Shown in pieces: positions 1 to 9,999 of a DNA stretch of 64,000 nt. The position numbers were made by a program, and so were the translations under genes. The notes beneath the pieces are model-generated. The model was not told the DNA's origin, did not search any database, and saw only the letters and a list, made by a program, of their open reading frames with translations. Source of the stretch: Octopus vulgaris (lineage: Eukaryota); assembly GCA_951406725.2 (NCBI GenBank), contig OX597840.1, forward strand, positions 23,126,001-23,190,000. The letters are read 5' to 3'. Within the stretch, counting starts at the first letter, position 1, and every line of letters starts with the position of its first letter.

Positions 1-242
1 CGTGGTTCTGTTGTTCTTTGGTTACTTTCACAAACAGTAGAAGGTATCTTCAGGTATTTGTCGATTTGGTTAGAATAATCCAAATGCGACAACTTGAAAT
101 AAATTCTAAAATACGAAACGTTGTGAAAAATGTTGACAGTGTTCAGCGTGAGAAATTACACCAGTATATGAAGTTTCAAACGGTTCAGTTAAAAAATATA
201 ATGAAAAAAATCTGTGAACCAAATTGAAGAGATTTAAATTAC

Positions 243-445
243 CTCTTGCACATTTCATTCAGTGAAATAAAGCAATGTTTTTTTCTTTCTATCAGAGGAA
301 ATATTTTACTGTAACTCAGCAATGTTTTACGTTTGTAGAATATCTTTGCAGAGTCTTTCAAACATGATACATATTGATGATTCTTTACAAGTAAAAAATA
401 CTTTTTAGCCAATTTCATGTGATTTTCTGAAAGAATACGAAAATA
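243..445 (-). other. Splice acceptor and 5' leader of a further ZNF unit (coding part not in window or lost)
   Basis: Matches the leader upstream of G1/G3/G7/G8 (aggaaatattttactgtaactcagcaatg...gccaatttcatgtgattttctgaaagaa). Minus-strand AG at 428-427. Confidence 0.7.
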
Positions 446-699
446 ATATTAAAAAAAAAAAAGTTTAAAAGGTAGATACTAAAAGGTACAAATTTACGGT
501 ACCAATCAATAAGAGTAGTCACGGTGCGCGCAGATGCGCGTACCGGGACCACGCTTCTTAAATAGTACCCAAATTTACAATTGTTTTGATAAATTATAAA
601 TGAATGAGATACAGTAATTATAATAGCAACTCCTGGACATTAAATCCTTAACAAAACTATCACCTTCTCTCAAACAAATATACATATATATATATTTTA

Positions 700-745
700 T
701 CTAGTTTCAGCTCACGAGCTGTGGCCATGCTGGGGCACCGCCATT
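700..745 (-). mobile_element. Very short 5'-truncated LINE/SINE 3' tail
   Basis: tcagctcacgagctgtggccatgctggggcaccgcc, the same stem-loop tail as SINE family 1. Second copy at 52784-52819. Confidence 0.55.
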
Positions 746-929
746 AATGTGAAGCTTTCACGCCGAAGGTAAAGAATACGCACACCTGGTGTTTAGGGAC
801 ACGCCGAAAACGGGTTGTGCGTTTTCTTTACCCTTGCAAATTGAAACACGATGGGGAGGGGTCAACGGAATCCAGAGATTTATTTAAGGAATGGATAACA
901 GCTCTGATACGAAACAAAGATAATAATTA

Positions 930-1074
930 GGCGTAACTTCGGTATAGGTACCGGATATATTTCAAGAAAGGTTTTTTTTTTATATATGGGGGGTTTAGGG
1001 TTAGGAGAAAAGGGTTTCTGTTATCTTCAGAAATGTACACAAAGTCACGTGTGTACCTATACCGAAGGTTCGCC
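930..1074. mobile_element. 145-bp MITE, GG termini, 8-bp TSD (Merlin-like)
   Basis: TIRs GGCGTAACTTCGGTATAGGTAC / GTACCTATACCGAAGGTTCGCC. TSD AATAATTA at 922-929 and 1075-1082. Confidence 0.85.
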
Positions 1075-1607
1075 AATAATTACATTATTGTGTACCAAAA
1101 TGCATGCAAAAAAAGGGTTTAATACTTACTAATAATCAGACGCCCTTACTCGCCAAAAAGGGTTATGGTGCGTTTTCTTTACCCCTGCAAACTGTAACAC
1201 GACGGGGAATTAATGCCTTGTGCAAATGATGATTTGCCACGGTTAAATATTAGCCTCTTGCTACATGTGGCTAACGAACACTGCGACGGAGTAAAAATGA
1301 CATGTTAACTCGTCAAAGTCAAAGCAGCAACTAAAGTTGACCTCTTCGGTTTTGACGCCAGTCACGGCTGGGTGGAAGTTGCTATGTGTATCCTTCCGCC
1401 GCATGCTACAAGTGAGCGGAGTAACCTACCCTTGCGTGTTACTACGCTAGCACGAAATAGTTCGAACCAAAACTGCAAGGGAATATCTAAAAGAAAGAAG
1501 GCTGTGGTTATGTATTTTTGTCTTTGTTTAGTGAGATAATTTCTCTTGCACACTTCATTCAGTAAAATAAAAGTTTATTTTCTCTCAGAGGAAATATTTT
1601 ACTGGGC

Positions 1608-2021
1608 ATTAACATACAAAATAATTCTATAATTTTATACACACGCTTTCCGTACGTATACGGAAAGCGTGTGTATAAAATAATAGAATTATTTTGTATG
1701 TTAATTGTTTAAATTATTTTCCATTGCTTTAGTTTTTTTTTACACGCGGAACAATTAAGAAAAAAAAATTTAGGGTTAGGGTTAGTTACAGGATGTTGTC
1801 TCAGTTTTAGACGCAGCAAATGATTTTAGCTCAAAAGAGAGCATAGGATTGGTTAAAATTCGAAAAATTAAACTACGTTAAACAAACAAATTACAATTTT
1901 TTCAAGAAAGCCAAGTGAAAATAATGTTTTCTTAAGACACATTCTACCAGTATACGAAGTTATAAAGTGTTTAGTTAACAAGAAATTGTGTTGAAATCTG
2001 GCCTTCAACAGGAAAAGATCC
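1608..2021 (-). mobile_element. Partial GGATCTTTTC-family MITE arm ending in a 98-bp palindrome
   Basis: 1705-2021 is the reverse complement of the left arm of the 62774 element and ends ggaaaagatcc. 1608-1705 is a near-perfect palindrome. Another TIR start (cttttcggtttgaccggcag) abuts at about 2022-2100. Confidence 0.7.
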
Positions 2022-2299
2022 CTTTTCGGTTTGACCGGCAGTTTTTAAAAATAATTTCCACGTAACTAAAAAATTCTAAACTTCGTATACAGGTAGAATG
2101 TGGGTACTACTAGTGAATACTGGTCCCAGTCCACGCTAGCTAGCCATAAGTAGTTGATTGGCGCATGCGCGAACAAAATAAAATAATTTTTTACAGAATA
2201 AAATAAAAGAATTTTTTAAAGAAAGTAAATTAATTATTTTTTTACACAAATAAAATAAAAAGCAAAATAAATAAATTTTTTTAACTAAAAAAATTAATT

Positions 2300-2700
2300 G
2301 TGGCTGTGTGGTAAATGGCTTGTTTACCAACCACATGGTTCTGGGTTCAGTCCCACTGCGTGGCACCTTGGGTAAGTGTCTTCTACTATAGCCTTGGGCC
2401 GACCAAAGCCTTGTGAGTGGATTTGGTAGACGGAAACTGAAAGAAGCCCGTCGTATATATGTATATATATATATATATGCGTGTGTGTGTTTGTGTGTCT
2501 GTGTTTGTCCCCCAAGCATTGCTTGACAACCGATGCTGGTGTGTTTATGTCCCCGTCACTTAGCGGTTCGGCAAAAGAGACCGATAGAATAAGTACTGGG
2601 CTTACAAAAGAATAAGGCCCGGGCTCGAGTTGCTCGATTAAAGGTGGTGCTCCAGCATGGCCACAGTCAAATGACTGAAACAAGTAAATCGTAAAGAGTA
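2300..2700 (+). mobile_element. tRNA-derived SINE family 1
   Basis: tRNA-like head (TGGCTGTGTGG, GGTTCAGTCCC), internal (TA)n/(TG)n, tail ggtgctccagcatggccacagtcaaatgactgaaacaagtaa. Five copies in window. Confidence 0.85.
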
Positions 2701-3022
2701 TATTATAAAACAATGTATATGATTTTTTACACAAATCAAATAAAAAGCAAAGTAAATAATTTTTTAAACTTAGTTAATTAATTTTTTTTTTTTGAAAACT
2801 GTATATAATTTTTTTACACAAATCAAACAAAGTAAATAAAAAGCAAATAGCAAAAAAAAAAAAAATTGAATATATCACAGTTCTTGCAATTCGTTCGAAA
2901 ATGCCACCAAACAATAAAATAAAATGTTGAAGTTCATTTGAGTTCCTCGAATGTGAACCATTCTGAACACACACAGACATATACATACATTCACCTGCAT
3001 GCATTTATACATATACACATGC

Positions 3023-3187
3023 ATACAAATTAAATTAGAGATAAAACCACTATTAGGCAAATCAAACAGTGAAAAACATAAAAATAAAATTGATTAATTA
3101 TAATATACAAAATATATAAAATATAAAATTCAAAATATAATTATAATTTAAAGTAAAGAATTTAAAATTATTAATTTATATTTATAA

Positions 3188-3221
<34 letters not shown>

Positions 3222-3396
3222 TTTTTATTTATAAATATAAATTAATAATTTTTAATTTTTAACTTTAAATTTAAATAATTTAAATTTTGAATTTTATATT
3301 TTATATATTTTGTATATTATAATTAATCAATTTTATTTTTATGTTTTTCACTGTTTGATTTGCCTAATAGTGGTTTTATCTCTAATTTAATTTGTA
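3023..3396. repeat. AT-rich fold-back, arms about 150 bp around (TA)n
   Basis: atacaaattaaattagagataaaaccactattaggcaaatcaaacagtg... is mirrored by ...cactgtttgatttgcctaatagtggttttatctctaatttaatttgtat. Confidence 0.85.
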
Positions 3397-3699
3397 TTTA
3401 TACAGTAAAATTAGATTTAATCCTAAATCTAATTTTTCCCTGTAAGTTTGGATTTACTCCCTAATATTATTTTATATATATATATGTATATATATATAAA
3501 GTTAATCCAAACAAGAAAGCACAAAAAACACAACAACGCGAGGACGTAGAACAAATATAGTATTATTGGACACTCAGGAAAGAAGGAAAGACAGAGGGAA
3601 AAAATCGCCAACGGTACAGACACGGTCACATTTTATATATATATATATATGCATATATATATATATATATAATATATATACACACACACACACACACAC

Positions 3700-4378
3700 A
3701 CGTGCATGTCTATACATAGATGTGTGTTTTTGTGTTCTCTTGTCCCTTGTTTAAACATTACATGATGGATGTGATTGTGCATCGACATCAAATGAGCAGT
3801 TATTAGTTTCCAGTCTGCGTAAAATATGTCCTTGCTTGGAAACAGGTGAGGATTGGTGACAGGGAAGGCATCCAGCTGCAGAAAATCTCCATCAATGAAT
3901 TCCATCTGATCCATGGAAGCATGGAAAATGAATTTTAAATGATGATGATTACCATCATCATACTGATATGGAAAACAGTTTGATATTATTTATTCAGCAT
4001 TACATGTGTTTCATTACCTAATAGGAATTACAAACTTTTAGACAAAGAGAAAACATGTAAAATATCTCCTATAAGAAATTCTTCATATATACATATATAC
4101 AAGTGTGTGAGTGTGTGTGTGTATGCATAAGTGAGTGTACCCTTGTCCAGATATTATGTGATGTCTGTAAATGGCCATCATGAGTGCCATACTAAGGCAG
4201 TTGCTCATTTCCAGTCCTCTGCATAAAATATGTCTCACCAGGGAAAATATTTCCTTGCTTGGAAATAGGTGAGGATTGGTCACAAGAAAGGGTACCCAGC
4301 TCAGGAAAATCTCCATCAATGAATTTCATCTGATAGACAAATGCATGGAAAAGCGAATTTTAAATGATGATGATTATC
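3700..4378 (+). mobile_element. Two tandem copies of an old (ATG)n-tailed SINE found in every ZNF 3' region
   Basis: ggaaacaggtgaggattgg...aaaatctccatcaatgaattccatctgatcc...taaatgatgatg. Recurs near 18.6k, 20.5k, 25.8k, 31.9k, 39.4k, 48.8k, 53.5k and 60.1k. Confidence 0.7.
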
Positions 4379-4558
4379 ATCATTGTAGTGATATGGTTCC
4401 TCTTCTGCATGAATGCATTTATGTTTTAATAATTGATCATTTTCATAGATTGATTTAGCACAAATAGCTTAGGGTATGGTTTTATCTTTCATAATAATAA
4501 GACTGTGTATAATTAATACACCATTTTGAAGGAATGATTAAGCTCTGATATCAGACCG

Positions 4559-5705
4559 TTATGGTTTCTCCTCTGTATGAATATGTTTGTATTCAGTCAA
4601 GATGCTCTGAAGAGAGAATGATTTACCACAGATATCACAAAGAAATGGTCTCTCCTCTGTATGAACATGGTTGTGTACAGTTAATTGTTGGTTTGTAGAG
4701 AATGCCTTGCCACAGATATCACTCTGGTATGGTTTCTCTCCTATTTGAACATACCTGTGCATAACTAATTGTTTGTTTTGAGAGAATGAATTACCACAGA
4801 TATCACAATGATATGGTGTTTCTCTTGTGTGTATAAGTTTGTGTGCAGTTAAATGGTGATTTTTAGAGATATGGTTTCTCACCTGTATGAACCCGTTTAT
4901 GAGCAATTAAGAATAGAATAGAATGATTTACCACAGATATCTAGAATAGAATGATTTACCACAGATATCTAGAATAGAATGATTTACCACAGATATCACA
5001 GTGATAAGGTTTTTCCCCTGTATGAAAACGCTTGTGTTTAGTTAAGCTACTGTTCTCAGAGAATGATTTACCACAGATATCACAGTGATATGGTTTCTCT
5101 CCTGTATGAACCCGTTTGTGTTCAGTTAAGCAACTGCTAGTAGAGAATGAATTACCACAGATATCACAGTGATATGGTTTCTCTCCTGTATGAATGCGGT
5201 TGTGTTTAGTTAAGCTGCTGCTTTTAGAGAAAGATTTACCACAGATATCACAGTGATAAGATTTTTTTCCTGTATGAATACGTTTGTGTCGAGTGAAGCT
5301 ACTGCCATCAGAGAATGATTTACCACAGATATCACAATGATAAGGTTTCTCTCCTGTATGCACTTGTTTGTGAGTAGTTACCTCACTTCTTTCATAGAAT
5401 GATTTATCACAAATGTCACACTGATATGGTTTGTCTCCTGTATGACTATGCTTATGTACAGTTAAATAGATATTTTGAGAGAATGATTTATTGCAGATAT
5501 CACAGTGATATATTTTCTCTCTTGTATCAATTTGTTTATGACTGACTAATTCTGAATCTTGACTGACTGATTTATCACAGGTATCATGGTGATTTTGCTT
5601 CTCATCTGTATGAATGCATTTGTGTCTAGTGAGTTCACCTTTTTCTGAGAATGACTCTTTGCAGATGTCACAGTCATATGATGATTTTCTTAATTTTACC
5701 AACAT
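4559..5705 (-). pseudogene. G1: C2H2 zinc-finger gene, disrupted (ORF 5705-4956 has about 8 fingers, about 4 more out of frame)
   Basis: [16 protein letters not shown] repeats. A 28-bp triplication at 4915-4997 breaks the frame, and fingers resume in ORF 4906-4559. Confidence 0.85.
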
Positions 5706-6399
5706 CTCTTCAAGAAAAATATAATCAATCCTTCAAGTTGTACAGATCAACAACTTTTCAAAAATATTTCTCCTCTCACCAAAATATATTTTTCTTCTTT
5801 TTGCTTTTAAAGTTTATTCCAAACAAATATCACTTCTCTTATATTTCTTCTAAACGTGATCAATGCCAATATTTAAAAATGCTACAAATACTCTTTGTAA
5901 ATCCATCAAAGTATATTTAAAAGAGAAAATTATCTCTTGCACATTTCAGACACAGAAGTGAAGAAATGCTTTCTCTCTCAGAGGAAATATTTTACTGTAA
6001 CTCAGCAATGTTTTATAGAAGCAGGATTATACGTTTGTAGAATATCTTTGCAGAGTCTTTCAAACATGATACATATTGATGATTCTTTAAAAGCAAAAAA
6101 TACTTTTTAGCCAATTTCATGTGATTTTCTGAAAGAATAGAAAAAAAATATAAGACACAGAATATATTTTAAATAATCTGAATATTGTTTCTGAAAATTA
6201 TCTCCATTCACTTTGTGCATAGAAAAGATAAATTTAGCTGGGGCAAAATGATTTAAGCAAGATAAGATAAATTTGCTGCTTCAATTCTCCAGAATTACAT
6301 TTGTTAAAGGACTTATACACATAAACATCAATCCTTAACCATCAGAAAGATTAGAAATACAGCCAAAATTTAAAATATCTAGGTGAAATGAAATAGGAT

Positions 6400-6736
6400 C
6401 ATGGAAAACCATCTGAACGTGGCCATTGCCAGTGCCGCTCCGACTAGCGTCCGCGCCAGTGGCACGTAAAAGGCACCATCTGATTGTGGCCGTTGCCAGC
6501 CTTGTTTGGACCTCGTGCCGGTGGCCGTTTGCGAGCCTCGAATGGCACCTGTGCAGGTGGCATGTAAAAAGCACCCACTACACTCACGGAGTGGTTGGCA
6601 TTAGGAAGGGCATCCAGCTGTAGAAACACTGCCAGATCAGACTGGGCCTGGTGCAGCCTTCTGGCTTCCCAGACCCCAGTTGAACCGTCCAACCCATGCT
6701 AGCATGGAAAACGGATGTTAAACGATGATGATGATG
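6400..6736 (+). mobile_element. Repeat family 3 (SINE-like, internal GGCACGTAAAAAGCACC repeats, (ATG)n tail)
   Basis: gagtggttggcattaggaagggcatccagctgtagaaac...catgctagcatggaaaacggatgttaaacgatgatgatg. Copies at 25977-26460 and 55950-56256. Confidence 0.8.
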
Positions 6737-7096
6737 AAAAATGACACATGATATGAAATTAACGAAACGTAACTAATTCTTAAAACTCAACATAGAATAT
6801 TCTTTATAGCTCCTTCATTAATTTGCTGGGGTGGCTGTCTTCGAGATATATTTATTCACCATGCAGTTAAAGGATAGAAATCATTGATATTAGTCTTTAC
6901 TCATTTTGTACCAGTTTAGACATATTTTCAAAACTGATAATTATCAAATTAGACTTTATCGTAGGAAGAAATTGACTTGAAATCCAACAGAGAAAACAAT
7001 TTCAATTGTTAATCACCAAAAATTAATTAGCAATCTCAATTACAATCGGGTGAAAGTTGAGGAAAAGCTTTTTGAAAAAAGGAAAGGACATTTATA

Positions 7097-7262
7097 GGCG
7101 TAGGAGTGGCTGTTTGGTAAGTAGCTTGCTTACGAACCACATGGTTCCGGGTTCAGTCCCACTGCATGGCACCTTGGGCAAGTGTCTTCTGCTATAGCTC
7201 AGGGCCGACCAATGCCTTGTGAGTGGATTTAGTAGACGGAAACTGAAAAAAGCCCGTCGTAC

Positions 7263-7294
<32 letters not shown>

Positions 7295-7489
7295 ATATGT
7301 TTGTCCCCCCAACATCGCTTGACAACCGATGCTGGTGTGTTTATGTCCCTGTAACTTAGCGGTTCGGCAAAAGAGACCGAGAGAATAAGTACTAGGCTTA
7401 CACAGAATAAGTCCTGGGGTCGATTTGTTCGACTAAAGGCGGTGCTCCAGCATGGCCACAGTCACATGACTGAAACAAGTAAAAGAGTG
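7097..7489 (+). mobile_element. SINE family 1, full length
   Basis: Starts ggcgtaggagtggctg and ends aacaagtaaaagagt. Confidence 0.9.
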
Positions 7490-7658
7490 ACCTGCCAAAC
7501 TGACTATGTTTTGGACTCTCTCAACTTCAACAACAATCATGTTGGCTTAAGAAAATATTTGCCGAATCTTTCCGAGTTTTCGACCAACAATTATTCTGAA
7601 CTTTAGTTATTGGACGCTTCTAGAAATGTCCAAAAGTAGATTCTCTCTCTCTCTTGAG

Positions 7659-8025
7659 ACTTATTTCAGTCATTTGACTGTGGCCATGCTGGAGCACCGC
7701 CTTTAGTCGAGCAAATCGACCCCGGGACTTATTCTTTTGTAAGCCCAGTACTTATTCTATTGGTCTCTTTTGCCGAACCGCTAAGTTACAGGAACGTAAA
7801 CACACCAGCATTGGTTGTCAAGCAATGCTAGGGGGACAAACACAGACACACACACATACATATATATACATATATACGACAGGCTTCTTTCAGTTTCCGT
7901 CTACCAAATCCACTCACAAGGCATTAGTCGGCCCAAGGCTATAGCAGAAGACACTTGCCCAAGGTGCCACGCAGTGGGACTGAACCCGGAACCATGTGGT
8001 TGGTAAGCAAGCTACTTACCACATA
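7659..8025 (-). mobile_element. SINE family 1, inverted relative to 7097 copy
   Basis: Reverse complement of the 7097 copy over about 365 bp. Confidence 0.9.
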
Positions 8026-8117
8026 GACCAAGGGAGAGCACTCCTGTTACATTTCTACTTCAACTATTGAAATTGAATTTGGTTTGCAAGATTTTTAAGG
8101 AAATCGTGTGTTGAAGC

Positions 8118-8391
8118 ATATTCTGTTGTGTCTGGGGAGAGTCATTCTCTTTTAGTGCCTTATTATTTAACACACTCACTGGTAAAATTTCCACTTATTT
8201 CTTATTTTTATTTTCTAAAATTTTCGTTGCGTCTTGCAAACTTTTCAAGAGTCAAGACTTTTGAAAAGGTTGCAAGACGCAATGAAAATTTTAGAAAATA
8301 AAAATAAGAAATAAGTGGAAATTTTACCGGTGAGTGTGTTAAATAATAAGGCACTAAAAGAGAATGACTCTCCCCAGACACAACAGAATAT
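8118..8391. repeat. Near-perfect 274-bp palindrome, possibly inverted Penelope-like terminal repeats
   Basis: atattctgttgtgtctggggagagtcattctc...cttttcaagagtc-aa-gacttttgaaaag...gagaatgactctccccagacacaacagaatat. The palindrome is directly visible. The Penelope assignment is inference. Confidence 0.75.
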
Positions 8392-8774
8392 TGAAATTGA
8401 ATTAAATAAAAATAACATTGAGCAAAATCTTACGAGTCATATTTCTATAATTTCTCGAGTATTGGTTTGAAAACAACCTGTGAGTTACAAATAATCTTAA
8501 CCTTAAAAAGAATTGAATTAAAGAGAAAGGGTCAGATATGTATGCATGAAGAGGTCTATGTGTAAGGCTGAACAAGGAATTAAAAGAATAAAAAAACGTT
8601 TTAAGGAACTTGCCGACCAAATAGTTTTATTTTTCCAGGACCGAAAACGAAGGATTGCCATATTTATTTGTTGTATTGTCAAAAATCAATCCTCCTGTTA
8701 ATTAATATTAATTAACAAAGTAACAACAGATACTTTCTGAATTAATATTGCTACGTATTTATTTAGTAATCCAA

Positions 8775-9006
8775 GGTGGCGAGCTGGCAGAAACGTTAGC
8801 ACGCCGGGTGAAATGCGTAGCCGTATTTCGTCTGCCCTTTACGTTCTGAGTTCAAATTCCGCCGAGGTTGACTTTGCCTTTCATCCTTTTGGGGTCAATA
8901 AATTAAGTACCAGTTACGCACTGGCGTCGATAGAATCTACTTAATCCGTTCATCTGTCCTTGTTTGTCCCCTCTATGTTTAGCTCCTTGTGGGCAATAAA
9001 GAAATA
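8775..9006 (+). mobile_element. tRNA-derived SINE family 2
   Basis: ggtggcgagctggcagaaacgttagc...gagttcaaattcc (B-box)...gactttgcctttcatcc...aataaagaaata. Relatives at 17283, 55681 and 57899. Confidence 0.85.
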
Positions 9007-9129
9007 TATTTATAAATCCATAATATCAATTGCACCACATATAATAGATATTATATATATATGTGTGATATATTCTTTTACTAGTTTTTAGTTTTTGGAC
9101 AGCATCCATAGTAGGTACATCATTCAGGT

Positions 9130-9255
9130 ATGTGTGTGTATATATATGTGTGTGTTTGTACATGTGTGTGTATGTGAGTATATATGTGTGTGTGTATGTG
9201 AGTATATATGTGTATGTATGTGAGTATATATATATATGTGTGTATGTATGTGTGC
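9130..9255. repeat. Compound (TG)/(TA) microsatellite
   Basis: Directly visible. Confidence 0.9.
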
Positions 9256-9999
9256 GGTTTACATTGGTTAAGTGTGTATGTAAACCGATTCATAATTGAA
9301 AAGAATTTATTTACAGGGATTGATTCGTTATAGGTACACTACATACAAAATACATTTGTGGGTGTCATATCAGGAATTAACATGTTGGTGTGTGTGCGTT
9401 GTTCATTTGAAACAGTAGTCGATCGGTCTCTGCCAAAACCTTCTGTAGGTGGACTGTCTCGTCTGTCTGCCTGCCTCTGCTGTTTGTACCTAAATAGGTC
9501 AGCGCTTGTCCAGCTGAACTTCGCATGAGCCATTCATACTGGTCATCCTTTTTGCTAGAAGAAGATCCGGTATGGTCTTATATGCTACACCACTGGTTTT
9601 CAATTCATATTAATCAAATTAATATTCAATTTTTCACCCTTATTATGTGTGTGTGTATTAGCAATTCGTATAAGATTGCATCAATGACTTGAACTTGAAT
9701 AAGTGGTTTAACATAAATGGGGATAAATTAAAAAGGTTTCTTGTTATTATTATTACTGTTTCACTATTGTAATCACGTGGCATGTAAATTTTATAGCTGC
9801 AACACATTATATATACAGTACTTAACACACACCATGACACACCACAAATGTACCTTGAACGAGAAGGACTATTCATTATAATACATCAGTTCCACACATT
9901 TACCCTGGTTCCATTTCGGACAACTGCACAAACATTTGCCATTTGACACATGTATGTAAACAAATTCCTTTCTTAAAAATTTCAATTCATTTTCTTTTT

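Noticed and set aside
743-1215. Outer element with TTAA-like ends around the 930 MITE
   Set aside because: Only short, imperfect inverted and direct similarity (ggtaaagaa.acgcac). The termini are not convincing.
1769-1786. TTAGGG repeats as a telomere or healing site
   Set aside because: Only 2-3 units, and they are internal to MITE copies.
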